Positions 1 to 11,119 of a DNA stretch of 64,000 nt are shown one piece after another (the first letter of the stretch is position 1; each line of letters starts with the position of its first letter). The notes beneath the pieces are model-generated. The model made no database searches, was not told the origin of the DNA, and saw only the letters and a program-made list of their open reading frames with translations. The stretch covers positions 416,001-480,000 of the forward strand of contig CAVTET010000001.1 in assembly GCA_963733675.1 (NCBI GenBank), given 5' to 3'. The position numbers and the translations under genes are program-made. Source of the stretch: an uncultured Methanosarcinaceae archaeon. GTDB lineage: Archaea > Halobacteriota > Methanosarcinia > Methanosarcinales > Methanosarcinaceae.

Positions 1-355
1 GAGTCAACTGCTCGGTAAAAATATTTCCATTTACCTTTTACTTTGATATAGGTTTCATCAACTCTCCACGAATCATTTGTTGGTCTTAAATGTCTTCTTA
101 TCTTCTTTTCTATTTCAGGGGAATATTGATGTACCCATCTCATGATTGTTGTATGGTCGACTTTTACTCCCCTTTCTGCCATCATTTCCTTTAAATTTCT
201 ATAACTTAATGCATATTTTAAGTATCATCTTACATTCAATAAGATAATTTCTCCTTCATAATGCTTCCATTTAAAGGAATTAGATAGCATGTTACTATCT
301 TTGGTTTTCTTTTTATTCTATTGTATCATTAGAAAGGATTTTTTGCAACGGAACC
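1..355 (-). mobile_element. IS6-family element, left end, with transposase pseudogene running off the window start
   Basis: Terminal IR GGTTCCGTTGCAAAA at 341-355 (minus). ATG at 290 reads MLSNSFKWKHYEGEIILLNVR*YLKYALSYRNLKEMMAERGVKVDHTTIMRWVHQY...DSWRVDETYIKVKGKWKYFYRAVD, typical IS6/IS240 motifs. In-frame TGA replaces the Trp of RWYL. Confidence 0.9.
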
Positions 356-446
356 GAAAAAGTTGTTATGCTATAACTTATGTAGCTTATGGATCTCATG
401 GAATATGGATCTTATAGGGTATCTGAACTAATTCATGAAATCAAAA

Positions 447-1274
447 TCATGAATTTAAATTTATTTCATTTTTGACGTCGTTAATTTTTTCATAGAACCC
501 TGAAAATTCTTTTTTGTAAGAAGCTTTCCACTCGTCTACAATTTTAGGAGGAATATTTTGGTTATACTTTATACGGACTCCCTTTGAATAGATATCCCAA
601 AATATATTCATCAAAGTTTCAATGAGAAGTTGTTGTCTTTTTTCAGTTTCTGGTATGCAGTCTAGAATAAGTCTTGTTGTATCATCCCATTCAAGGTAAA
701 TGTCTATAAGTTCCTCAAAATCCTTATCGGGGAATTTAAATAGGAGTTTATTTAAAAAAAATTCTAACTGCTTCTTTCTTGAACGAAACAGTGTGCTTTT
801 AGATTCTACTGCGTTGATGTATTCGTGAAAAAGGGTGTTAAATTGATAAGGAGAATTCAAATTATATGATGCTTTTTTTGCCTTTAATCCATATTCATTC
901 TGGTATCTAAAGTCTTCACATAGATATCGAACGGCACGATCAATAATAGACTTATCCCTGCTTTCAATATTGTAACTATTTCTTGCGGGATGAGGTAGCA
1001 TGATAAACTCTTTAACTTCATACTGATTCCTAAAGTTAGGAATTATATTTTCTAAAAGTCTTGTTTCTGAGTAATAACCAAATTTGTAACAGTAAGAAGG
1101 ATATTTGATATCAATTCCTTGTTTTTTGAGCCGTATATCAAGTAGGCACATAAGTTTAAAAAAATGCAATTTTTTCATTATAGGTTTACTTTCCGGATTA
1201 AATTTTTTTAAAAGAGACTCGATTGAATATACGAGTAGCTGATCGTTTTTCTGATCAGAAAAAATTTGTCCCAT
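447..1274 (-). CDS. hypothetical protein; N-terminus resembles the SocA/Panacea-like wHTH antitoxin fold
   Basis: 275-aa ORF in AT-rich DNA. KLHFFKLMCLLD...YCYKFGYYS loosely matches the KLxKLxY...YxYGPxS pattern. Confidence 0.55.
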   Translation of the reverse strand: MGQIFSDQKNDQLLVYSIESLLKKFNPESKPIMKKLHFFKLMCLLDIRLKKQGIDIKYPSYCYKFGYYSETRLLENIIPNFRNQYEVKEFIMLPHPARNSYNIESRDKSIIDRAVRYLCEDFRYQNEYGLKAKKASYNLNSPYQFNTLFHEYINAVESKSTLFRSRKKQLEFFLNKLLFKFPDKDFEELIDIYLEWDDTTRLILDCIPETEKRQQLLIETLMNIFWDIYSKGVRIKYNQNIPPKIVDEWKASYKKEFSGFYEKINDVKNEINLNS

Positions 1275-3123
1275 GTTACCAAGAATATTCTAAGACCTTT
1301 AATATTAAAAAAGATTCCGTTATTATAATTATTTATTTTAGAGTAGTAACGCAAATTTGCTCTAAATTCCAAGAAAATGGCTACGTTTTTTGATTTGTAG
1401 TTATAGAGTCTTTAAATAAAATATATGTATAATCTCAGCCTAAAATTCCCATTACAACTTTTCTGTGTTGAAAGAAATAGAATGCCTAATCAATTAGATT
1501 TTATAGGACTTCGGGTATGGGTCGGAGCTTTAAGCAAATTAAAAATTATGAAAATCAAAGTTTATCCTGAATTAGTTTAGAAACTACTATTGATGTTGTA
1601 CACCACTACAATTGTCTATTTTCTTCTGGAAAAATTATGTATCTGTTCGACAAACTGTTATTAGTATTTAATCTTATAAAGTTTTTTCACTAATGTTGAT
1701 TGTCCTCTAAATAAGGCTTCTAAATAGAATATCTTTCTAGGGCAAAAATGCGGTATTCAGAAACGCTATAATTATGTGAGAAAAAATATATATGAATTTT
1801 ATTTTGTTTCATGTATAAATAAAAGATAATTGATATTGAATTGTTATTCGATTTTAAAACTTTTGATAGGCAAGTAATTCTTATTAAAAAACAAATTTTT
1901 ATATAGTTGATTTAAAAACTAAGTAGATAGTCTATACATTGAAGTGTATTTGATAGTGTTGAAAATTTGCTATAAATTGGAAGGCATATTTTGTATATGG
2001 AATCTAATTAAGTTTTTCTGATATGAGATTCTCTGTTTTAATCTTTAAAATTTGATTTTGATAAAGTAATTTTCATGAATTAATTTAATTTAAATTGATA
2101 GCTAAGGAATTTATTGAATTTCACTATGTTTTTTAATACTCTTTGTGCATTTACTGTGGCATACAATTACTGTTTGTTTTGATAGTGCAGCTATTTTGGA
2201 GCTAGATTTTTTTGTCCTCTAACGTTTTGCTCCACATAGCAACTATCATAAATTTTGACTATTCATTTAAAGTATCATTTGTATCAAATTAAATCACTTT
2301 TATATCAAAACCGATTTTTTGCTTCAACTAACAATTTGCGAATAGGTATAAACAGTAGTTTCAAATCAGTATTTATTTAGGACTATTAAGAATATTTTTA
2401 TAAACCTACTAAATCTAGCTAAAAGCTCTAAATTTCCTATTCGACTAACATTCATTAAATAATTAAGAAGTAACTTTATTGGAATATTGTATCGTGCCTC
2501 AATTAAGTGGGCTACTGTTTTAATAATTTACTGACTTAGTAATTATTTCATTTGACATGCTGTAACCCAAGAACTAACTTTATACATTCAAAATGTTATA
2601 CATGACTAGACTGTATTATAAAAAATTGCATCTTTTATGGGGTTATTTGGAATATTTTCGTATCTAAAATCGTTTTTTACTCTAGATCTAATTTCTGTAT
2701 TTGGCCTTATATTCTGTTTGTAGTTCTTATTTTTGTAATTTTCATATTTATTGGAATCTAGGTACTAGCATTAGTAGAAGCATACAACATGATAAAAAAC
2801 CAAAAGATAAAATTTGGTCGTGTCAAGTTACACCCCAAAATGAGTTCATAAATTCAAAACTTTAGGATAGTTATAATACTTTGTACCAATAGTAGAAGTT
2901 CGAGGTTTATTTGTTTAGAATATTTTAATCCCACCCGGTTCCACGGATAGCTAGAAATTATGGAATCAATTAATTTGTCATCAGTTAATAAGTAGTATAT
3001 CAATTAAGTGTATTTAAATTTATATATTTAAACATAAATGTATCAAATTTCCATATGTATATTTAATGGACTGTAACTAAAAATTATTTTTATTTTTCAG
3101 ATAATTCGATTTTTTTGGTGCAT

Positions 3124-3597
3124 TTACAAATCTACATTCTGTTTTTCCAACTCCAAAAGATGTGCCTTTATTTGAAGCCCCAACCTGTAACCAGTCAACT
3201 TTCCATTTGAGCCGATCACAAGGTGGCAGGGGATCAAAATTGGAATTGGATTATGGTTACTTGCAAGCCCTATTGCTCTTGATGCATTTTTATTGCCAAT
3301 GCTCTGTGCTATTTTTTGATAACTTCGCGTTTCACCATATGGAATTGTGCATATACTTTTCCAGACGCACAGCAGAAAATCTGTTCCCGAGAGAGCAAGT
3401 GGGAGCGTAAAATTTTTTCTTCTGCCTAAAAGATAGCTCTGCAGCTGTTCACCTGCTTCTTTCAGTAGCTCTGTTTCATATACTACAACATCTTGAGGGA
3501 TATTTTCTCTTTGAAAATACAGATTTGTGATAAAGCTTCCTTCTTCGATTATTCCTATCCTCCCTATGTAGGTTTTATAAAAAAACATTTTCTTCAT
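3124..3597 (-). CDS. ogt: methylated-DNA--protein-cysteine methyltransferase (O6-alkylguanine transferase)
   Basis: IPYGETRSYQKIA, RAIGLA, NPIPILIPCHLVIGSNGKLTGY. The active-site motif is PCHLV rather than PCHRV. GGGGGA RBS-like sequence upstream. Confidence 0.9.
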   Translation of the reverse strand: MKKMFFYKTYIGRIGIIEEGSFITNLYFQRENIPQDVVVYETELLKEAGEQLQSYLLGRRKNFTLPLALSGTDFLLCVWKSICTIPYGETRSYQKIAQSIGNKNASRAIGLASNHNPIPILIPCHLVIGSNGKLTGYRLGLQIKAHLLELEKQNVDL

Positions 3598-4207
3598 GTC
3601 TATTGATCCCCCTTAATTAAATCTCATTTTTGTACCTGCATTTGAAGTATATTAGATCATTCTAATAAACTGCTATGCTCATTTTCTTATTTTTGTATTT
3701 TTTTTGCATTATTCATCAGAAAGGGTCAACTAGTTACTTATGGTAATTGGTGACACCTCTATAAAATCTGCAATGTCCTCATCTCTTATTCCCTTTTAGC
3801 CATTCTAATGGCTAACTCAATTATTAATCTAATCCGTACGAAGGTCATAATAAAGTATTTATAATAGCACGAAAGGTTCTATGTAACTACGGCAGATACA
3901 TTCGAATATTCTTGTTATATCTGCTCTGTAAGAAAGTGGGTATGAACATACCCATTGCTTTCAGCTTGATGCCCCACATAAATTTTGATCACTTATATAA
4001 CCACTATATAACTATCGCTTGAAGAAACATGTCTTTATTGGGAAAAAATATATAGGATAAATTTAGAATAGCGCAATGATATTGCAAAAGGTTTCCTCAA
4101 GGTATTGTATTTTGAGAATGAAAAAAATTTTGCAAATATATGTTGCTATTTGAAGAAGAATAAAGGGAAAGTATTTTTTGTAAAAGCTCTCAAGAAGATG
4201 GGATAAA

Positions 4208-4993
4208 ATGAAAAAATCACTTATTGATTTAGCATTTCTTTCAGAAAAAAGAAAGGATGTGTTGCTCCTGTTGGAAGAAGGGCCTAAATCAGGGGATGAT
4301 ATCAAAACAGCCCTTAACGTCAAATCGACTTCTATTATGCCTCAGATAAAAAAATTGAAGGATGGACACCTAATAGTACAGGATAAAAGAAACGTCTACA
4401 AGCTCTCTGGTATGGGAGATCTATTACTCGAAAAGATGGAGCCTCTACTGGATACCGTGAGAGTTTTTGAGGAAAATTACGATTACTGGGTAAACCATAA
4501 CCTCACTGTGATTCCTGAATACCTCCTTAACAGGATTAATGAACTAGGTAACTATTTCATGCTTGAAGCTGATCTTAACCGACTTTTTGAAATACCTGAA
4601 GATTTAAAAAGTAACCTCTTAGGATCTCGGTATATAAAAATATTTATTTCATATTTCAACCCTCTTTATCTTGAAATTTGTTCTGAAATCGTAAGAAAAG
4701 GAACTGAATTGCACCTCATCCTGACAGAACCGATTTTTATCAGGATGGAAAAAGACTACTATGAAAATCTGAAGTTTCTTATAGAATCAAAAAATACTGA
4801 AATCTATATTTGTAACAAAAAAGTAAACCTCGAAAATGTTGTAACAGAGCGTTTCTGTTCGCTTGTGCTTTTCGACAAAAAGGGGAAGTTTGATCATCAA
4901 CGCTTGATTGATTATGACGAAAGTGCAATTAAGTGGTGCGAAGAGCTCTTCTTGTACTATGAAGAGATGTCATTGCTTCTGGAAAAATTATAA
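4208..4993 (+). CDS. winged-helix transcriptional regulator with DUF1724/FilR1-type C-terminal domain
   Basis: FLSEKRKDVLLLLEEGPK...PQIKKL wHTH, YWVNH, and C-terminal AIKWCEELFLYY typical of this Methanosarcinales family. Confidence 0.8.
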   Translation: MKKSLIDLAFLSEKRKDVLLLLEEGPKSGDDIKTALNVKSTSIMPQIKKLKDGHLIVQDKRNVYKLSGMGDLLLEKMEPLLDTVRVFEENYDYWVNHNLTVIPEYLLNRINELGNYFMLEADLNRLFEIPEDLKSNLLGSRYIKIFISYFNPLYLEICSEIVRKGTELHLILTEPIFIRMEKDYYENLKFLIESKNTEIYICNKKVNLENVVTERFCSLVLFDKKGKFDHQRLIDYDESAIKWCEELFLYYEEMSLLLEKL

Positions 4994-5020
4994 TTGCCTT
5001 TCTACCAATCATTTTTTGAA

Positions 5021-5398
5021 TTAATCTGAGTATTCTCCAAGATACTTGTCGATCAGTATCCTGAACTTGTTAATATCAATAGGTTTAGAGATATAATCCA
5101 CACAGCCCATTTCAATGAAATGTTCTTCACTGCCCTTCATAGCGTGGGCTGTAACAGCTATCACAGGGATATATGCAGTTGAAGGGTTATTTTTAATTCT
5201 TTCTAAAACCTCAAGGCCGTCCATTTTTGGAAGTTGCATATCTAACAGGATGATGTCGAATCTTTCCTCAGCAAGGCGCTCAAGGGCTTTAATCCCATCC
5301 TCAGCCTCAGTTACATTATGACCATAGAATTCTAGAAGGTCTAGAATCAGTTCCATATTCATGGGATTATCTTCAACAATCAGGATTTTTTTCATCAT
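5021..5398 (-). CDS. single-domain response regulator (DivK/CheY-like)
   Basis: ILIVEDN, ILLDMQLP phosphoacceptor Asp, AVTAHAM, YISKP. Confidence 0.92.
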   Translation of the reverse strand: MMKKILIVEDNPMNMELILDLLEFYGHNVTEAEDGIKALERLAEERFDIILLDMQLPKMDGLEVLERIKNNPSTAYIPVIAVTAHAMKGSEEHFIEMGCVDYISKPIDINKFRILIDKYLGEYSD

Positions 5399-8300
5399 TA
5401 ATCCTCTTAAGCATAGTTAATTGTTTCATTCTATTAATTAAGTCTGTTCTTACAAAAGTGCCTTCTTTCATAATAGAAATTAAATGCTCTTTCAATTCAC
5501 CATTCAACTCATCAATATTCTTCTCAGTAAACTCTCCAGAAGTGCACACAATAAGAGGGATATCTTTTGTGTGTACATCTGCTCTTAGGCTGGAGATGAT
5601 ATCAAATCCACTTATTTCTGGCATCATGAGATCAAGGATTAGGATATCAGGTTTCCTATCTGAATAGAGCATTTGTAGACCTTCCTTACCACAATAAGCC
5701 TTAATCACTTCAAATCCCTCAGGTTCAATCATGGAGTTCAACAATTCCACAGTGTTCTTATCATGGTCTACAATAAGAACACTTGGATGTCTTAACCTGA
5801 GCTTATTGGCGATTTCTTTTAGTGAACCCACCAATTCAGCTCTTTTTACTGGTTTTTTAAAAGAATATGTTGCTCCAAGAGCAATTCCAAGCTCGTTATT
5901 ATTGGTGGTTGAAATAATAAGTATAGGAGTTGAGGCAGTATAAGAGTCATTTTTTAGCTGCTTCAAAATAAGCCATCCATTAGTGTCCGCCAGGAAAATA
6001 TCAAGTACAATAATAGAGGGTTTGAGTCTCTTTGCAACATTTAATGTATTTTTTCCACAGTAAAGAGAAGCTACACTATATCCAGTCTTTTTGAGGATAG
6101 TTGAAAGAAGTTCGTTAGAATTTCTGTCGTCATCGACTACCAGAACAAGTCCCTGTTCTTCATTTTTCTTTTCAGGAGTCTGTATTTCAGGTAGCTCTAT
6201 TTCTTCCTGCAAATTTTCGCTACATCCGATTATAGAAAGAGCTTTTGCTTTGTTCATTTCGAATTCAATAATTATATCTTCGAGTCCGATCTCGTTAGCT
6301 TTCCTGGGCTCTACCGGTTTTTTTAGAGGAATTGCAAATATAAAGATACTCCCCTTCTCAACATTGCTTTCAATCCAGATATCTCCTTGATGCATGTTTA
6401 TAATTTTCTTTACAAGAGCAAGCCCAAGACCTGTTCCACAATACTGTCTAGATGCAGAGGCATCAATCTGGGTAAATGGTTGAAAAAGTTTTCGTTGGTC
6501 TTCAGGAGAAATGCCTATACCAGTATCTATCACTGAAATAAATGCTCTACTTCCACGTTTTTTACACGAAAGATATATTTTTCCATCTTCTGGAGTAAAT
6601 TTGACTGCATTGCTAACGAGATTATAAAGCACCTGGATAAGGCGACTTCTGTCAGCTTCCAGAGTTGTAACGGATTCTATCCTGAAAGCTATTTCAATGG
6701 ATTTTTTCTGGGCAAGAGGAGCCAGAACTGCTATGACTTCCTCAAAAACAGAATTAACAGAAAATTCACTATAGTGAAGTTCCATTTTTCCGGCTTCTAC
6801 TTTAGAGAGATCCAAAATATCATTTATAAGTTCCAGTAAATGTTTCCCACTGGTAGAGATATTATTTATGTATCTCATTTGTTTTTCATTAAGTTCTCCA
6901 AAAACCCTATCAAGCAAAATGTCCGAAAACCCTATAATGGAATTCAGAGGCGTCCGTAATTCATGACTCATATTAGCAAGAAATTCACTCTTAGTACGGT
7001 TGGCTCCTTCAGCTTCTAATTTCGCCTGAAGCAGCCTTTCCTCCGAACGCTTATAAGCGGTAATATCAAGACCTGTTTGCAGGATACCAGTAATCCTGCC
7101 GTCTTCACTTCTAATAAGATTTGCGCAGATCATCCAGACTTTTCCTTCTGGAGTGACGACTTCCCCTAACTCTCCAGCTCCTGATTCAAGAGCTTTTCTT
7201 ACATAAGACTTACCGGAAATCTCGTCATGCATAGTGAAAAATTTTTCATAATTATATCCTACAACTTCCTCGAGTTTTAAACCTATATATTCCAGAGAAG
7301 CCTTGTTTGCCCAGACAATTTTCAACTCAAGGTCTACAAAAACCATGAGTTCACTTAGAGAGTTAAGAATAGCCTTTTTTTCATGTTCCTGAGCTTTAAT
7401 TTTATCAGAAGTTATTTTAAGATGATCAAGCATCCGGTTTATCCCTTGTGTCAATCTTGAAAGCTCATCATCTCCACTCATAGAATAGCGTGCCGCAAAA
7501 TCTTCGCTCTCCCCTACTCTTTCGACATATCTGTCGATAAGAACTATCCGAGACACTACTTCTCTGTCAAGAAGAAGCTTGCAGCATGCTCCAACCATCA
7601 ATCCTGCAAACAAAAGAAATATAACTATGTACCTGATGGATTTCTGGCCTTCAGCATAAATGTTCCTATCAGAATCCGTCCGAATAATAAAAGCTGGGTT
7701 TCCATTAATATCTTCATTGATAAAATAACCAGCTACCTTATTTTCTTTGACAGTGCGCGTAAAACTCCTGTTTTTGTTTTCTAAAAAGGCTTGCTGGAAC
7801 TCAGGAAGTGAGCTGTTATACTTGTAGAGCAAAACCCGGTTTCCAGTTATAACCTGTAAATACTCTATAAAATTAGTATCCAGATTCTCGCCCAGGATAA
7901 TTGTTCCGATTATTTCGTTACTATTAGGTGCTGCAAGCACAGGCCGACATGAGATAATTACAGGCCCCTTTTCCAGTGCAAGGATCCCTTTTAAACGACA
8001 TTTCTCGTCCTTACATAGGAAGCTTTTATTAACTATTCCCGGGTCTATTTGAGAACGGATTAAGGCATTACTAGTATTGTTTGAACTCGAAATCTGAGAG
8101 TATATTATATTCCCTGAACTATTCACACAAAAAATAAAGTCGTACTCCCTTGGGGAGAACAGATCAGTGAGCAAAACTTTGCTGAGGGATTCGCGATCTT
8201 GATTAAGCACAAAGGCCCTGATATCTTCCCTTGAAGATAGGATAGAGTTAGTATTATCCAGTTGTGCAGTCTGTAAATCAATTATATGTTTCACATTTTT

Positions 8301-8438
8301 CGCGTTATCAATTGCTTCTTTTTCCTCTAGGTGGGAGAAGCTTGAATAGAGAATTCCCTGAGATGCAAAAATAACAACAGAAGTTAGAAGAGCAAAAATA
8401 ACATAGATGATAACAAGGACCTTTTTACTAACATTCAT
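5373..8438 (-). CDS. membrane hybrid histidine kinase (CHASE4-HAMP-PAS-HisKA-HATPase-2xREC)
   Basis: Two TM helices flanking a sensor domain. HAMP (DELSRLTQGINRML), H-box FLANMSHELRTPLNSI, N-box NLVSNAVKFT, DTGIGI, GTGLGL, two C-terminal receiver domains. Overlaps the response regulator start by 26 nt. Confidence 0.92.
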   Translation of the reverse strand: MNVSKKVLVIIYVIFALLTSVVIFASQGILYSSFSHLEEKEAIDNAKNVKHIIDLQTAQLDNTNSILSSREDIRAFVLNQDRESLSKVLLTDLFSPREYDFIFCVNSSGNIIYSQISSSNNTSNALIRSQIDPGIVNKSFLCKDEKCRLKGILALEKGPVIISCRPVLAAPNSNEIIGTIILGENLDTNFIEYLQVITGNRVLLYKYNSSLPEFQQAFLENKNRSFTRTVKENKVAGYFINEDINGNPAFIIRTDSDRNIYAEGQKSIRYIVIFLLFAGLMVGACCKLLLDREVVSRIVLIDRYVERVGESEDFAARYSMSGDDELSRLTQGINRMLDHLKITSDKIKAQEHEKKAILNSLSELMVFVDLELKIVWANKASLEYIGLKLEEVVGYNYEKFFTMHDEISGKSYVRKALESGAGELGEVVTPEGKVWMICANLIRSEDGRITGILQTGLDITAYKRSEERLLQAKLEAEGANRTKSEFLANMSHELRTPLNSIIGFSDILLDRVFGELNEKQMRYINNISTSGKHLLELINDILDLSKVEAGKMELHYSEFSVNSVFEEVIAVLAPLAQKKSIEIAFRIESVTTLEADRSRLIQVLYNLVSNAVKFTPEDGKIYLSCKKRGSRAFISVIDTGIGISPEDQRKLFQPFTQIDASASRQYCGTGLGLALVKKIINMHQGDIWIESNVEKGSIFIFAIPLKKPVEPRKANEIGLEDIIIEFEMNKAKALSIIGCSENLQEEIELPEIQTPEKKNEEQGLVLVVDDDRNSNELLSTILKKTGYSVASLYCGKNTLNVAKRLKPSIIVLDIFLADTNGWLILKQLKNDSYTASTPILIISTTNNNELGIALGATYSFKKPVKRAELVGSLKEIANKLRLRHPSVLIVDHDKNTVELLNSMIEPEGFEVIKAYCGKEGLQMLYSDRKPDILILDLMMPEISGFDIISSLRADVHTKDIPLIVCTSGEFTEKNIDELNGELKEHLISIMKEGTFVRTDLINRMKQLTMLKRINDEKNPDC

Positions 8439-8859
8439 ACTTTATACTCGGATGATATGTATTATATTTGAGTATTAGGAAGAGTTATAAAATAAATTGT
8501 TAACAAATACTCTTAAAGGAAATACTATATAAAAGTTTTTAACCTGAGTATGACTCTAAATGCCTTCAATTTAGATGCCATTTTTACAAATCACAATAAA
8601 ATGAAAAAATTATTGAAGGTAATGGAATCATTTATTATAACAGAATAGTTTTTACAGTATATCCTAACGAAAATTAATCCTTCCTAATTTTGGATCAAGC
8701 TAATTTGACTAAACTTATGAATATGTATTATTTTATCATTTACAAATCGCCGATGGACACGAATATCTAATCCAACAGATGGAGGATAAAGTGAACATTC
8801 GACTCTTTTTATTTTCATTCAAACCTCTAAATCACCGTTTATTTGTAAAGTGAATTTGT

Positions 8860-9430
8860 TTCTGACACCATGGTCAGATATGGGTATCAACACATCAGAC
8901 CGAGATTTGATGCGTATCGGAATTTAGGGCTTTAGCTAGGGATACGATCAGATAACCACTCGCATAATTTTCGCGCCTAAGTATCGATACAATATATGAC
9001 TACAATGAGTAAATTAAAAAGGATTGGGGGCCAGCTCTACCACCAATTGCATGGAGCAAATAAAAAATTCATTCTATGTGATAAGTAGAATCTAGATTTC
9101 ACTCGTTCCTTAATTTCATCCAAGCAGCTCTTTATCCGAGGTAGTTAAATATTTGAAAGGAAATATTTCTTAAAGACTTTTAAAACTTCATACTGAACTG
9201 GAAAACTAGATTGTAATGTGATTCCCATAGTCGAATGGTAAGTTTTATCGATCCTCTGTGGATGTCCAGCTAAGTATAAAAAACTATATTCGTGAATGTC
9301 AGAAGGAGCCGAAAGCAGAGTTTTAATCACCCAGATTAAAAAAAATGTGTTCAAATAAGAATCGACAATTTATGATTTTCGACAAAACTAGAAGGCAGCT
9401 AGAAGCATCCCCATCCTTTTTAGTGTGTGA
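8860..9430 (+). mobile_element. decayed IS200/IS605-family tnpA element (type A)
   Basis: Broken frames give ..QITTRIIFAPKYRY.., FHPSSSLSEVVKYLKG, GKFYRS, KNYIRE. The left-end motif is shared with 15608-15740. Confidence 0.7.
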
Positions 9431-9512
9431 TGTTTCCTTGCTGTCCCTTGCAGAGAGTTTAAGGCAGTTTTCCAGGAGTTTTCAAACTGTATTAATTTTT
9501 ATATACCGAAGG

Positions 9513-9880
9513 TTATTTCAGTCGAATACCCAGCAGTTTGCTGTGGAGATGGAAACTTCCCTGAAAAAAGTCATTGATTAACTAATTTATACGTTAAGCT
9601 ACCTTTCCAACATAAAATGTAATTACGTCATGCAAATTATTGCGTATATAATATAAGATATCAAATAATTTTTGGTTATGAAATATTGGGGAAAATTTAT
9701 TTTAGACAATTATATCATCAACTATTTGAAATATATATTCTTTGAGATTGGTAAAAGGTATTTTTTGAGTTTGATATAATCGGTAATAATGGTGATAATG
9801 GTCACCTTTTCGTTGGTGCTGAACCAAAATAATATCCTCTGGGAGTGAGAAAATTATAAAAAGAATCATAGAGTTATGAA
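9513..9880 (+). mobile_element. decayed IS200/IS605-family tnpA element (type B) with end hairpin
   Basis: TTATTTCAGTCGAATACCCAGCAGTTTGCTGTGG end/hairpin motif. Fragments INYLKYIFFEIGKRY..EFDIIG..GHLFVGAEPK resemble the HUH region. Confidence 0.7.
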
Positions 9881-9889
9881 GTCGTTGTT

Positions 9890-10556
9890 TTAAATCTTCT
9901 AATCAGATCATGATCTCTGTCCATTATGCTATAAAATTTATATCCAAAATATAACTTATTACCTTTTTGTCAAGTGTCAGTCTATGCTCCTTCTTTTTTT
10001 GCTTTATTTTCTCGAGGTTTATACGCTTTTGAATGTCACGAATCTGAATGAATAAAGAACGATCAGAATGTAGCAGTGTTTATATATGCACTCAGAAGAA
10101 TCAAGAAATTTCCTGAAAAAATATCTCGATAAATTATTTTTCAAGTTCAAAATCTGAAAGACCATGTCATTGAGGTAAAACAATCATTTTAAAAATAATG
10201 ATTACTTTAGCTCTGTGTCTTTCTCAAAAAAATTTCCTATTTAATATATGGCTCAAAAATGATGTGAAAAGGTTTCTAATAAATTGGGGAATCAATTTCA
10301 GTAAGTTTGCCCCCAACTGACTTAAGATGTTTTTATGCTTGCTTAATAGCAAAATCAGTAAAAATTTTCACTAGTGAAATTATTGTTCAAAGATTTAACT
10401 TCTCCAATAATCAAAAGCATTTGAGTATTTATTAAAATTACTATAATGTTTAAGAAAAAGATAAGATTCCTGGTAGAATTACGATATGAACAAAGATGTA
10501 ATTAATTTGGCATATATATTCTACTAGTAAAGCAACTATTCATTCGGAAAATCCAT
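9890..10556 (-). mobile_element. decayed IS5-family transposase fragment
   Basis: Collinear, diverged homolog of 11580-12355, including the YFGYK segment at ~9935-9955. Confidence 0.6.
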
Positions 10557-10740
10557 AGCAACTATATTTTGAATAAAAACAACTGGAATAATAGATTTAA
10601 CAGAAAGATTGGAGAATCAGAGCTCGAATAAAAACAAAATTGAGGGGATTGAGGACTAGGAGAAAAATAAGGAAATATAATTCAAAAAATACATACTCTT
10701 AAACATGATAGTTTATGGCGAAAATAAAAAAAATATTTCA

Positions 10741-10815
10741 TGGGATAGCGCGGATTTGAACCGCGGTCCAAGCGTCCCAAACGCTCGAGGATGGACCAAG
10801 CTACCCTACTATCCC
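10741..10815 (-). tRNA. tRNA-Pro (anticodon TGG)
   Basis: GGGATAG/CTATCCC acceptor stem, anticodon arm GAGCG-TTTGGGA-CGCTT, T-loop GGTTCAAATCC. No intron; CCA not encoded. Confidence 0.97.
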
Positions 10816-11119
10816 AAGGGTATCTCATTCCAAAGGTTATTCTCCCTTATATAATTTTCGTTAGAATAGGGAGATGTTATTCTTTCTCTGAGAAACAAAA
10901 TTTTTCGTTCTGTATAATTATTTAGCTACTTCAAATCATTCTATTAAGGTTTTTTTCGAGTTTTTCAAAAAGATGTGATTGTAAATCAATTAATAACTGA
11001 TTGGCATAAATAATAGCTAACAGCAAATAAACCTACATATTGAATTTTGTGGGGGATGGCTAAAATAATTTTTTCCCAAGCTTGTAGTTACCTTTTTCTT
11101 TAAAGAATTTTTTTATCTC

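Noticed and set aside
10741-10790. att-site duplication of the tRNA-Pro 3' end (integrated element)
   Set aside because: No second copy of the tRNA end and no integrase seen in the window.
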